Source: Candidatus Vogelbacteria bacterium
Lineage (GTDB): Bacteria; Patescibacteriota; Minisyncoccia; Phycocordibacterales; XYD1-FULL-46-19
Direction of reading: 5' to 3'
Length of the DNA stretch: 64,000 nucleotides
Assembly: GCA_903878275.1 (NCBI GenBank)
Contig: CAIRHC010000010.1
Coordinates: 1,604 to 65,603 of the forward strand
Shown here: piece by piece, positions 55,517 to 64,000 of the stretch
Layout: every line of letters starts with the position of its first letter
How positions within the stretch are numbered: position 1 is the stretch's first letter
The notes under the pieces: generated by a model
Database searches by the model: none
What the model was told of the DNA's origin: nothing
The model's input: the letters and a program-made list of their open reading frames with translations, nothing else
Translations under genes and position numbers: made by a program

Positions 55517-57769
55517 ATGGCAAATAAACATAAAAAAATCAACTTTTTCTTGCGTCTTTTAATCGTTTTTCTTGTTTTTACCTTTGTGGCTGGTGGTTTT
55601 TCCACAATTTGGGCTATTTCACTACCAATCCCCGATTTTGAAGCTTTTTTCCAAAAAGAAGTCGCCAATAAATCCACCAAAATTTACGAGCGGACAGGTA
55701 AAATCCTTCTTTATGATGTGACCGGTATCAGGCGAACCAATGTCCCATTTTCACAAATTCCCGATGTTATTAAAAAATCAACACTCGCCATAGAAGATGC
55801 CACTTTTTACCAACACGGGGGAATTAAATTAAGTTCTATCGCTCGGGCTTTTTTGGTCAACACTTTCGCTGGTGGAGTAAAACAAGGTGGCTCAACTATC
55901 ACCCAGCAAGTAGTAAAAAACTCTCTTTTAAGTAGCGATCAAACCATTGTCAGAAAAGTCAAAGAAGCTATTTTGGCGGTCAAAATGGAAAAAACAATGA
56001 CCAAAGATGATATTTTTAATGTTTATCTAAATCAATCTCCTTATGGTGGAAATATTTATGGTGTCCAAGAAGCCGCCAAAGCTTATTTTCAAAAAGATAT
56101 TCGTGATATCGACTTAGCTGAAGCAGCTTATCTCGCCGCAATACCTAAAGCACCAAATTATTATTCCCCTTACGGTGCAAATAAAGACAAATTAGATGCT
56201 CGAAAAAATCTCGTTTTAACCAGAATGGCTGAAGTTGGTTTTATCACTAAAGACCAAATGCAAAAGGCTCAAGCCGAAAAAGTTACTTTTTATGAAAAAA
56301 TCAACCAAGGCATCAAAGCCCCTCATTTTGCTTATTATATTTTAGATCAACTGGAGAAAAAATATGACAAAGCCACCCTCGAAACGAATAGTTTTAAGGT
56401 TACCACCACTATCGACTGGCCACTCCAACAAAAAGCCGAGGAAATAGCTAAAAAATTCGGTGATTCAAATGAAAAAACCTATCACGCCCAAAACAACGGC
56501 ATTGTCGCAATTGATCCAAAAAATGGTGATATTTTAGCGATGGTTGGTTCTCGTGATTATTTTAATCAAGCGATCCAAGGTAATTTCAATATTACCACCG
56601 CTCACCGCCAACCAGGATCATCTTTTAAGCCCTTCGTTTACGCCACAGCGTTTAATAAAGGTTATACCGACAAAACTATCGTCTTCGACCTAAAGACTGA
56701 ATTTAACACCAATTGTAGCCCAACGGGCAAACCAATAACTCCAGGTGCTGTTTGTTATATGCCAGTAAACTACGATGGTTTATATGTCGGACCAGTCACT
56801 CTTAGAAACGCTCTAGCTCAATCGAGAAACATTCCCGCAATTAAAGTTTTGTATTTAGCCGGCGTTAACGATTCTCTTGATACCGCCGAAGCGATGGGTA
56901 TCACTAGTCTAGGAACCAAAAATCAATACGGTCTGACTTTGGTCCTTGGAGGTGGTGAAGTCTCTCTTCTTGAAATGACTAGTGCTTACGGTGTTTTTGC
57001 TAATGACGGCGTCCGAGTGCCGTTTGAAGGTATTCTAAAGATTGAAGATCCAAACGGTAAAGTAGTCTTCGATAAAACTATCACCCCAACAAAAGTTTTA
57101 CCACCAAATACCGCTCGTTTAATTTCTAATATTTTATCTGATGCACAAGCCCGTGTCCCCGCTTACAGTATCGATTCACCTCTTTCTTTTGGTAGCCGAG
57201 ATGTCGCCGTAAAAACTGGTACCACGAATGATTATAAGGATGCTTGGATTATTGGTTACACACCAAATATTGTCATCGGTGCTTGGGCAGGAAATAACGA
57301 CAATACACCGATGGGTAAAAAAGTGGCTGGTTATATTATTGCTCCGCTTTGGCACGCCGTAATGGCAGAAGCGATCGCCAGTCGCCCCGTAGAAAATTTT
57401 ATTCCACCAGTTGTTAATTATGACGGCTTAAAACCAGTCTTACGTGGTTTTTGGCAAGGTGGCGATATTATTTCCACCAACGCCTTTTCTACAACCACGG
57501 GTCAATCAGCTGGCACCGCTGAATATATTACTAAAAATGTTCATTCTATTCTCTACTGGTTAGACAAAAATAATCCACTCGGTCCCGCTCCAAGCAATCC
57601 CGAGAGTGATGGTCAATTCTCTTTATGGGAATATCCAATTCAAATTTGGGCTAAGAAAAATGACGCAAAAACAGAAAATCTTTTAAGAATTGGCACAAAA
57701 AGTGACATTCAAAACCAAAATGTCACTAATTCTAATTTATTTGGCTCATCAACGACAATAAGTTTTTAA
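55517..57769 (+). CDS. Class A penicillin-binding protein (PBP1A family)
   Basis: AIED..F..H.G, GGSTITQQ, PGSSFK, SRN, KTGT. Confidence 0.95.
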   Translation: MANKHKKINFFLRLLIVFLVFTFVAGGFSTIWAISLPIPDFEAFFQKEVANKSTKIYERTGKILLYDVTGIRRTNVPFSQIPDVIKKSTLAIEDATFYQHGGIKLSSIARAFLVNTFAGGVKQGGSTITQQVVKNSLLSSDQTIVRKVKEAILAVKMEKTMTKDDIFNVYLNQSPYGGNIYGVQEAAKAYFQKDIRDIDLAEAAYLAAIPKAPNYYSPYGANKDKLDARKNLVLTRMAEVGFITKDQMQKAQAEKVTFYEKINQGIKAPHFAYYILDQLEKKYDKATLETNSFKVTTTIDWPLQQKAEEIAKKFGDSNEKTYHAQNNGIVAIDPKNGDILAMVGSRDYFNQAIQGNFNITTAHRQPGSSFKPFVYATAFNKGYTDKTIVFDLKTEFNTNCSPTGKPITPGAVCYMPVNYDGLYVGPVTLRNALAQSRNIPAIKVLYLAGVNDSLDTAEAMGITSLGTKNQYGLTLVLGGGEVSLLEMTSAYGVFANDGVRVPFEGILKIEDPNGKVVFDKTITPTKVLPPNTARLISNILSDAQARVPAYSIDSPLSFGSRDVAVKTGTTNDYKDAWIIGYTPNIVIGAWAGNNDNTPMGKKVAGYIIAPLWHAVMAEAIASRPVENFIPPVVNYDGLKPVLRGFWQGGDIISTNAFSTTTGQSAGTAEYITKNVHSILYWLDKNNPLGPAPSNPESDGQFSLWEYPIQIWAKKNDAKTENLLRIGTKSDIQNQNVTNSNLFGSSTTISF

Positions 57770-57819
57770 AAAACTTATCCTCATAAAATAATCCCGACTT
57801 TAATGTAGTAAAGTCGGGA

Positions 57820-58077
57820 TTATTTTATTTCTAATACTATTTTTTCATCAAAAATCGCTTCTATCTCTTTTAAGATTTCTTGTTTATTTAAAATAATCGC
57901 CAATTTAATCTTCGGTGAAGTTTTTAAGATTAAATTTTTATTTTTTAATTCAATTTGTTTTGAATTAACCTCTATCCCAATTTTTTGTGAAATTATTTTT
58001 ACAATTTCACTTTTAACTAATTTAGATTTATCAATCTTTTGCGCGTATTTATCTAAAAATTTACCGATTAGATCCAT
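57820..58077 (-). CDS. Small basic protein downstream of dnaN (possibly DciA/DUF721-like)
   Basis: 85 aa, abuts the dnaN stop codon; family assignment is a guess. Confidence 0.55.
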   Translation of the reverse strand: MDLIGKFLDKYAQKIDKSKLVKSEIVKIISQKIGIEVNSKQIELKNKNLILKTSPKIKLAIILNKQEILKEIEAIFDEKIVLEIK

Positions 58078-59181
58078 CTATTTATTGATTGGCATAATAA
58101 TATAGCGGAAACTTTGGTCGTGGTTTTTTTGAATCAATAATGGTTTGTTTTTATCGGAAAAATTAAACATAATATCTTCTTTATTTATTACTGCCAAACA
58201 ATCAAGAATATATTTTACATTAAAACTAATATCAATTGGCTCGCCTTTTATTTTTGTAATTAAAGAAATATCATTATCCCCCACATCTTGATTACTAGAT
58301 TTTATTTCCAAAAGATTTTCTGCTGGCACAAGATGTAAATCAATTTGATTAAATTTATCAGAAAAAATATTGGAAAGTTTCAAGACATTCATTATTTCAT
58401 CTTTTCCGATAATTAATTCGGTTTTAAAAGTCGACGGCATAATTTGTTTATAATCAGGATAAACACCGTCAATAATCCGTGAGGTTAGGTGAATTGAATC
58501 AGAAAAAATCGAAATTTGGTTTTTATTGGAGTTTATTTTAAGATTTCCTTCAATATTTTCGAAAATTCGGTTAATTTCAGTGATATTCTTCAAAGGGATA
58601 ATCAAGGAATTTATCTCACTATTTTTTTCTTTGATTGTAATTTTTTTCTCGGCTAAACGAAAAGAATCAGTCGCCACAAAAACCAATTCATTATCTAGCG
58701 CATAAAGATAAACACTAGAAATTTCTGGTTTAATATCAGAGATTGCTCCAGCAAACATTACCGATTTTAAACCAGCAATAAAATCAGTGCCTTTTATATT
58801 AAAACTGTTTTCATTTTCCACTCGCGGAATAATCGGAAAATCTTCAGCTGCAAAACTTTTTATTGTGGTATTAGTCGATGAAGTGGAAATTTTTAAATTA
58901 TTGTTATCGGACGATAAGACAACTTTGTTTTCATTATTTATGTTATTTAAAAAATTTGCCAAAACTTGCGCATTGACCGCTACAATTCCATCTTCTTCCA
59001 CCTTGGCTGGTAATTCTATCTCCAAACCAATTTCTAAATTTGTCGCTTTTATATTTAAAACTTTATTTTTCGCTTCCAATAAGACAGTTGATAAAATCGG
59101 CAAGGTTAGATTTCTACCAGTCACCTTTTCAGCTAAACCAATCGCTTCTTTTAATTTATCTTTTAGGCATTCGATCTTCAT
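58078..59181 (-). CDS. dnaN: DNA polymerase III beta clamp
   Basis: LPILS, ATNLEI, VATDSFRL, YPDY, IMP; start ATG 59181. Confidence 0.96.
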   Translation of the reverse strand: MKIECLKDKLKEAIGLAEKVTGRNLTLPILSTVLLEAKNKVLNIKATNLEIGLEIELPAKVEEDGIVAVNAQVLANFLNNINNENKVVLSSDNNNLKISTSSTNTTIKSFAAEDFPIIPRVENENSFNIKGTDFIAGLKSVMFAGAISDIKPEISSVYLYALDNELVFVATDSFRLAEKKITIKEKNSEINSLIIPLKNITEINRIFENIEGNLKINSNKNQISIFSDSIHLTSRIIDGVYPDYKQIMPSTFKTELIIGKDEIMNVLKLSNIFSDKFNQIDLHLVPAENLLEIKSSNQDVGDNDISLITKIKGEPIDISFNVKYILDCLAVINKEDIMFNFSDKNKPLLIQKNHDQSFRYIIMPINK

Positions 59182-59194
59182 AGTAGTATTCAAT

Positions 59195-59432
59195 AATTAG
59201 TTTTTTGTATAAATTAAGACTTTTTATTATTAGTAGTTGTGGATATGTGTATAAATCTATTTTAGCTTTATTTATAAGGTGTTTATTGGTGAATATTTTT
59301 TGATAATTGTGGGTAAAATTGTTTATTATTGATTATTACTTTTTATCTTTAAATATTTTTTAATTTACTTAACATTTTATTAATAGTTTTTACACAGGGT
59401 TATTAAATGGTTGTTAACATATTTATCCACAA
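59195..59432. promoter_or_regulatory. oriC unwinding region (dnaA-dnaN intergenic)
   Basis: DnaA boxes at 59238-59246, 59246-59254, 59308-59316 and 59423-59431 (perfect); adjacent TAT/TAG trio repeats; very AT-rich. Confidence 0.85.
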
Positions 59433-59434
59433 AT

Positions 59435-60802
59435 TTAAGAGTTATAAATAAGTGAACGAATTTGGTCTATCTCTTGGGTTAATAAATTATCGGTCTTTAT
59501 GTCTTTCTTGATTTTTTCATAAGCGTGGATAACAGTTGTGTGATCTCTTCCGCCGAGCTTTTGACCAATATACGGATAAGAAGTACTAAAATCCTCTCGG
59601 AGAATATACATAATAATTTGTCGTGGTTTGACCACCTCTTTTCGGCGGGTTTTTTCGTAAATAATTTTTTCTTCAATGTTGTAATAATTGGCGACAATAC
59701 TGGCGACATCCTTGATAGAAATAGTCTTCTTTGGCTTCGTACTGTTCTTGATTAAGAGTTTAACCTCTTGGATAGAGAGAACCCGCTTTTTGGTTTGAAT
59801 TTGGCATATAAGCGAATTTAGAGCCCCTTCGAGTTCACGAATACTGTCTTGAATAATCGAGGCTAAATACTCTAAAACCTCTTCATCAATAGTCACACCA
59901 CTTAATTTAATTTTAGTCTTTAGAATCGCTAAGCGTGATTCATAATCAGGCTTAGAAATATCAATAATCATTCCCCCTTCAAAGCGAGACCTCAATCTTT
60001 CCTCTAGGTTTGGGATAAATTTAGGTGATTTGTCTGATGAAAAGATAATTTGCTTGTTGTTTTCGGAAAAATTATTAAATAAATGGAATAATTCCTCTTG
60101 GAATTTTTCTTTATTGGAAAAAAATTGGACGTCATCCATTATTAATAGGTCGTAACGGCGATATTTTTCTTTAAATTGGTTTGGGCGGTTGTTTTGAAGG
60201 GCGTTTAGGTAATCAATGCCGAAATTTTCGGAGGTAACATAAAAAACGTTCTTATTTGGGTAGTTATCTTTAATATAATTGCCTACCGCTTGAATCAAAT
60301 GGGTTTTACCGAGGCCAGTACTACCATAAATAAACAGCGGATTGTAAATCATCCCAGGATTTTTGATAATAGCTTGGGTGGCAGCGTAAGCAACGTCATT
60401 AAATGACCCGACTAGGTAGTTATCGAAGGTATATTTTGGGTTTAAATTGTTTTCTTTGTTGATATAAAGGTCTTTTAAGCCTAAATCATTTGGGTGAGCG
60501 GTCTTTATTGAGGTGTCGTCATCTTTTGGTTTGGAATGATCGTCGATTTTTATGATTACATATTCAATAGACCTTATTTCCGAGTCTAATTCTCGTAAGG
60601 CTTTTATGATAAACTTGTGATATTTGTTTGATAGCCAGTCTTTAACAAAAGCATTGGGCACGCTAATGAACACAACCCCCTCCTCGTTCTTTATTATATG
60701 AGTATGCTTGAACCAAGTACCAAAGCTGGCTTTCGAAATCGTCAATTCTATTTCATTCAGAGCATTGTCCCAAAGTTTTTTGTTATCGATGAGGCTCTCC
60801 AT
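59435..60802 (-). CDS. dnaA: Chromosomal replication initiator DnaA
   Basis: YNPLFIYG.TGLGKTH, DDVQF, RLRSRF, GRDHTTV. Confidence 0.98.
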   Translation of the reverse strand: MESLIDNKKLWDNALNEIELTISKASFGTWFKHTHIIKNEEGVVFISVPNAFVKDWLSNKYHKFIIKALRELDSEIRSIEYVIIKIDDHSKPKDDDTSIKTAHPNDLGLKDLYINKENNLNPKYTFDNYLVGSFNDVAYAATQAIIKNPGMIYNPLFIYGSTGLGKTHLIQAVGNYIKDNYPNKNVFYVTSENFGIDYLNALQNNRPNQFKEKYRRYDLLIMDDVQFFSNKEKFQEELFHLFNNFSENNKQIIFSSDKSPKFIPNLEERLRSRFEGGMIIDISKPDYESRLAILKTKIKLSGVTIDEEVLEYLASIIQDSIRELEGALNSLICQIQTKKRVLSIQEVKLLIKNSTKPKKTISIKDVASIVANYYNIEEKIIYEKTRRKEVVKPRQIIMYILREDFSTSYPYIGQKLGGRDHTTVIHAYEKIKKDIKTDNLLTQEIDQIRSLIYNS

Positions 60803-60830
60803 AGTGTTTAATTATTCAGATTATATTAGC

Positions 60831-60880
60831 TGTGGATAATAATAGCAAACTTTACAAAATTGTTTATAACTAGTGGATTA
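60831..60880. promoter_or_regulatory. DnaA boxes upstream of dnaA
   Basis: TGTGGATAA at 60831-60839 plus degenerate boxes. Confidence 0.7.
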
Positions 60881-60999
60881 GTTTAATTAAAAGATTGAAA
60901 TTTGAATTTTAAATAAAATATTTCCACCCAGTATTTTAGGTCTAGATATAAAGTTTTTGGCTCTTGATTAATTTAGAAATTTGGTCTATAATCTCAAAT

Positions 61000-61140
61000 A
61001 TGTCATTTACCTATAAACCAAAGAATAAAAAGCGAGCCAGAACTCATGGTTTTTTGGCTCGGACCAAGACTACCGCCGGACGCAACGTCATTAAGCGACG
61101 AATGGCTAAAGGTAGAGCTAAACTCACTGTTTCGGTGTAA
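61000..61140 (+). CDS. rpmH: 50S ribosomal protein L34
   Basis: Not in the track: [46 protein letters not shown]. Confidence 0.95.
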   Translation: MSFTYKPKNKKRARTHGFLARTKTTAGRNVIKRRMAKGRAKLTVSV

Positions 61141-61145
61141 AGTGA

Positions 61146-61277
61146 GAATTATAAATTTCTCCTCGTTGCCACCTTTTTAGGGTACAGATTTTTTGAAGCT
61201 TAAAAAATCCTGAAGTTTTCGGCTCGACAGCCTCAAAACCCCCTAAAAAGGTGCAACCACGTCAAAATTTATAATTC
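61146..61277. repeat. Structured repeat element, copy 2 (inverted relative to copy 1)
   Basis: GAATTATAAATTT/AAATTTATAATTC termini; same core; lies between rpmH and rnpA. Confidence 0.85.
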
Positions 61278-61292
61278 CCAATTAAAACCAAA

Positions 61293-61649
61293 ATGTTACC
61301 TAAGAATAGACGAATAAATAAACAATATTTTGCTGAAATATTGCCTAAAAGTGCCTTTTTGGGATCTAAAAATTTTAGTTTGCGTGTGTCCCCTATTAAA
61401 ACGTCTCACTCTAGTAACAAAAGCCAATTTGCTTTTGTTGTTTCAGGGAAGATGTTTAAAAAAGCCGTTGATCGTAATATAATAAAGAGACGTTTTAGAT
61501 ATTTAATCGCTAAAAACTTAAAAAATATCAAAGACGGTTATTATTTTATCTTTATTGGCGGAAAGACCGTTTTAGCGGTAAAATACAAAGATCTAGAGCA
61601 AGAGGTGTTGTTTTTATTAGAGAAGCGTAATTTTTTACAAAATGTTTAA
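61293..61649 (+). CDS. rnpA: Ribonuclease P protein component
   Basis: MLPKNRR, FVVS.K..KKAVDRNIIKRR. Confidence 0.92.
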   Translation: MLPKNRRINKQYFAEILPKSAFLGSKNFSLRVSPIKTSHSSNKSQFAFVVSGKMFKKAVDRNIIKRRFRYLIAKNLKNIKDGYYFIFIGGKTVLAVKYKDLEQEVLFLLEKRNFLQNV

Positions 61650-62382
61650 TACATTCTTATTTAATCCCCTTTATAACTGCCTAATCTTTATTATCAATAT
61701 GGTGCCAGGTGGTGATATTGGTATTGCGATTATTATTTTGACGATTTTGGTGCGACTAGTGATTTTACCTCTCTATATTAAGTCAATTCGGATGCAGATG
61801 AAAATGAAGGAAATTGAGCCGATTATGGCGGAAATTAAGATTAAGTACGAAAAAGACAAGATGGAGCAATCTCGGCAGATTATGGAACTGTACAAGAAGA
61901 GTAAAATCAACCCATTTATCACTTTTGTGGTCTTACTTATTCAGTTGCCGATAATCTTGGCTCTATTTTTTGTTTTTAAAGATAGTTTTGTTATTCACAA
62001 GGACATAATTTACTCATTTATCAATATTCCAACCAATGTTAATCAGCAATTTTTAGGTTTTATTGATATTACGGCTAGTAAAAACTACTTTTTGGCGGTG
62101 ATGACCGGTTTGACTCAATATATTCAAATGCAATTTGCGCTACCGAAACCAGCCAAGAAAGATCCAAACAGTAAAAATCCATCTTTTAAAGATGATTTGG
62201 CTCGCAGTATGGATATTCAGATGCGCTATGTGATGCCTATTATGATTATTTTTATCTCGATTGGTTTGCCAGCAGCCATTTCTATCTATTGGGTGACTAG
62301 TAATGTTATCGCGACGGTTTTTGAGATAATTATCAAACGGAATATCAAAAATAAGAAAGAAGATGTTGTCTCGGTTGTTTAA
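61642..62382 (+). CDS. yidC: YidC/Oxa1 membrane insertase (short form)
   Basis: AIIILTILVR, LIQLPI, YVMP, IYWVTSN. Confidence 0.93.
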   Translation: MFNTFLFNPLYNCLIFIINMVPGGDIGIAIIILTILVRLVILPLYIKSIRMQMKMKEIEPIMAEIKIKYEKDKMEQSRQIMELYKKSKINPFITFVVLLIQLPIILALFFVFKDSFVIHKDIIYSFINIPTNVNQQFLGFIDITASKNYFLAVMTGLTQYIQMQFALPKPAKKDPNSKNPSFKDDLARSMDIQMRYVMPIMIIFISIGLPAAISIYWVTSNVIATVFEIIIKRNIKNKKEDVVSVV

Positions 62383-62389
62383 TTGATTA

Positions 62390-62440
62390 AAAAATACCGG
62401 TCGGATTTCACACTTGTGAAATCCGACCGGTATTTTTTTT
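62390..62440. terminator. Long bidirectional terminator
   Basis: AAAAATACCGGTCGGATTTCACA-CT-TGTGAAATCCGACCGGTATTTTT. Confidence 0.85.
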
Positions 62441-62451
62441 TGATTATTACT

Positions 62452-63693
62452 TTAAATCACCACTGGAAGCAAGAAAGATTGAAGAGAATTGTCTTTTTTG
62501 TTAATTCCATAAAGAGTATCCCCGTTTGGGGTCGTATTTAATTCAACCAAATCGTACTCCCCTTTTATCGGTGCCACTAGCTTCACGTTTTTGTTTAAAG
62601 CATCGACTAGCCAAATATCATCATTGAAGCCAATTTGTCCTTGATACCAAAGATCAGGAAAATTTCCAATCGGAATAGTTCTTGGCACGGCGCAATAAGC
62701 GTAGTTGGTATTTATCCAAACACATTTTTCGGGTAATGTCGCAATGCTTAATTTATCGGCTGATTCCTTTGTGACATCATAAAGATATAGCTCTAATTTA
62801 CCAAGATTGGTTTTGGAATAAAGAATTTTTTTGGCATCAGGGCTGGTGAGAGTGGTCAAGCCGCTGATATTACCGAGAATTTTATTGGAAACCAAACTTT
62901 TGGTGTTAAAAAAGTGTAAATAACCAGGCACGGTCGCTGACGGTTTTGTTTGAAGAGTAACCGTCTCTTTTTCTGGCCAGCTGGCGTCCCAATCACTAAA
63001 AGGTGTGCTTAAAATCGCTTTGGGAGTTCCTAGGTCTGGTGTATCTAAATATCCAACCGCTAGATTATTTTCTATTTTTAGATAGAAAACACTATCTTGC
63101 GTCGGATTGGTAGTAAAACTGTAAATACTGTTGCTTAGTGATTGTAAATTAATTTCATTTTCGCTAAATAAATTGGTCGAGGTGGCTTGAGAGAAAAAAC
63201 CTAATTCGTTGTCGATCTGACCATTTTTTAGCATTTGGAGAAATAAATAACGATTACCTTTGTTTTTACCAATAAAAGCTTTTTTGATGCCAGTGATGGT
63301 AGTATTGGTCAATCTTTTGTTTTTTGACTGATTTATTTGATAAAGATTACCTTTTGATTTACTGATAAAAAACACGTCAGAAGAGGAGCTGTTTTTTAGA
63401 CTAAAAATACTGGCAACATTACTTAAAAGCACATCGCTATTTATTTGATTGTCGGTAACTACTGGTGTGGTGTCTGGGTTGCCGGTACTTGTCCCGGTAT
63501 TATTGCTGGTTGTGGCGGTGATTACTGGTGTTTTATTTTCTGCTACGGGAAAAAAATTGCCAACTAGCGGAGCTGGTTTGGTGATGATTGCACTAGCTGG
63601 ACCTTTGTATTGAAGATAAAAAATATAACCAAGGACTCCCACCGTCGAGGTGAAAATAAGAATGGCGAATGTAGCTATTATTTTTTTCCACAT
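62452..63693 (-). CDS. Membrane-anchored extracellular protein (beta-propeller-like)
   Basis: N-terminal TM segment, Thr-rich linker, beta-rich domain with TLPEKCVW..YCAVP..PDLWYQG. Confidence 0.75.
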   Translation of the reverse strand: MWKKIIATFAILIFTSTVGVLGYIFYLQYKGPASAIITKPAPLVGNFFPVAENKTPVITATTSNNTGTSTGNPDTTPVVTDNQINSDVLLSNVASIFSLKNSSSSDVFFISKSKGNLYQINQSKNKRLTNTTITGIKKAFIGKNKGNRYLFLQMLKNGQIDNELGFFSQATSTNLFSENEINLQSLSNSIYSFTTNPTQDSVFYLKIENNLAVGYLDTPDLGTPKAILSTPFSDWDASWPEKETVTLQTKPSATVPGYLHFFNTKSLVSNKILGNISGLTTLTSPDAKKILYSKTNLGKLELYLYDVTKESADKLSIATLPEKCVWINTNYAYCAVPRTIPIGNFPDLWYQGQIGFNDDIWLVDALNKNVKLVAPIKGEYDLVELNTTPNGDTLYGINKKDNSLQSFLLPVVI

Positions 63694-63699
63694 AGTTTT

Positions 63700-64000
63700 T
63701 TAAATTGCCGATAAAAGAAGACTAAAATTTAACAAATGAGGGTTAATTATATTTAAAATAAGCCAAGAAACCGCCACAATAAACAAGCCGAGCAGGGCGT
63801 GGATTATTTTGTCTTTGCCGTCTCCTTTGGCACTCGGCAAGTCGGATACGACATAAAGTAATCCGCCCCAGACGAACATTCCAACGGCTGACATAACCAC
63901 AATAACCAAGAAAACAAAATAGATATTGGATAAATATTTCTCTAGGTTTGGAGCTGTTTCTTCTGTTTGTAACATAACACTGGGTTCAAGTAGTTGGTAT
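63700..64000 (-). CDS. CPR pilin-like (TrbC/VirB2-type) protein; 5' end lies beyond the window
   Basis: Frame stays open to the window end (YQLLEPS...); WGGLLY...GKDKI..ALLGL...ILNIINP. Confidence 0.7.
   Translation of the reverse strand, partial: YQLLEPSVMLQTEETAPNLEKYLSNIYFVFLVIVVMSAVGMFVWGGLLYVVSDLPSAKGDGKDKIIHALLGLFIVAVSWLILNIINPHLLNFSLLLSAI

Noticed and set aside
55462-55680. Long N-terminal extension of TyrS overlapping the PBP gene (similar upstream extensions for argS, rplK, dedA, ruvX, MFS)
   Set aside because: Artefacts of longest-ORF calling; downstream ATGs match the family N-termini.
1-64000. Alternative genetic code (TGA=Gly); IS, integrase, RT or Cas genes
   Set aside because: Conserved genes are uninterrupted under code 11 and some (e.g. 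pilB) end in TGA. No transposase, integrase, RT or Cas motifs were seen.

Overview
AT-rich bacterial chromosome segment containing the replication origin (dnaN-oriC-dnaA-rpmH-rnpA-yidC). Gene content points to a Patescibacteria/CPR (Parcubacteria-like) genome using genetic code 11: type IV pilus genes, a compact PolA, rplK without rplA, and scant biosynthesis. It carries translation, repair and cell-wall housekeeping genes, 8 tRNAs, a dUTP/folate/dTMP cluster and a GH130 mannose-scavenging cluster. Five features are not explained by the gene list. (1) More than 20 core genes appear leaderless (-10 box, 6-7 nt, start codon), while a separate class of interspersed ORFans and metabolic genes has strong Shine-Dalgarno sites and GC-rich hairpins. 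(2) Several palindrome families occur both between genes and as in-frame insertions inside conserved proteins. (3) Two copies of a ~130-160 bp covarying structured element flank oriC in inverted orientation. (4) Three promoter-defined ncRNA candidates are present, one 6S-like. (5) Three tRNAs have C instead of U at position 55, and IleRS carries an inserted histidine-phosphatase domain. All calls come from reading the sequence by eye; no searches were run.
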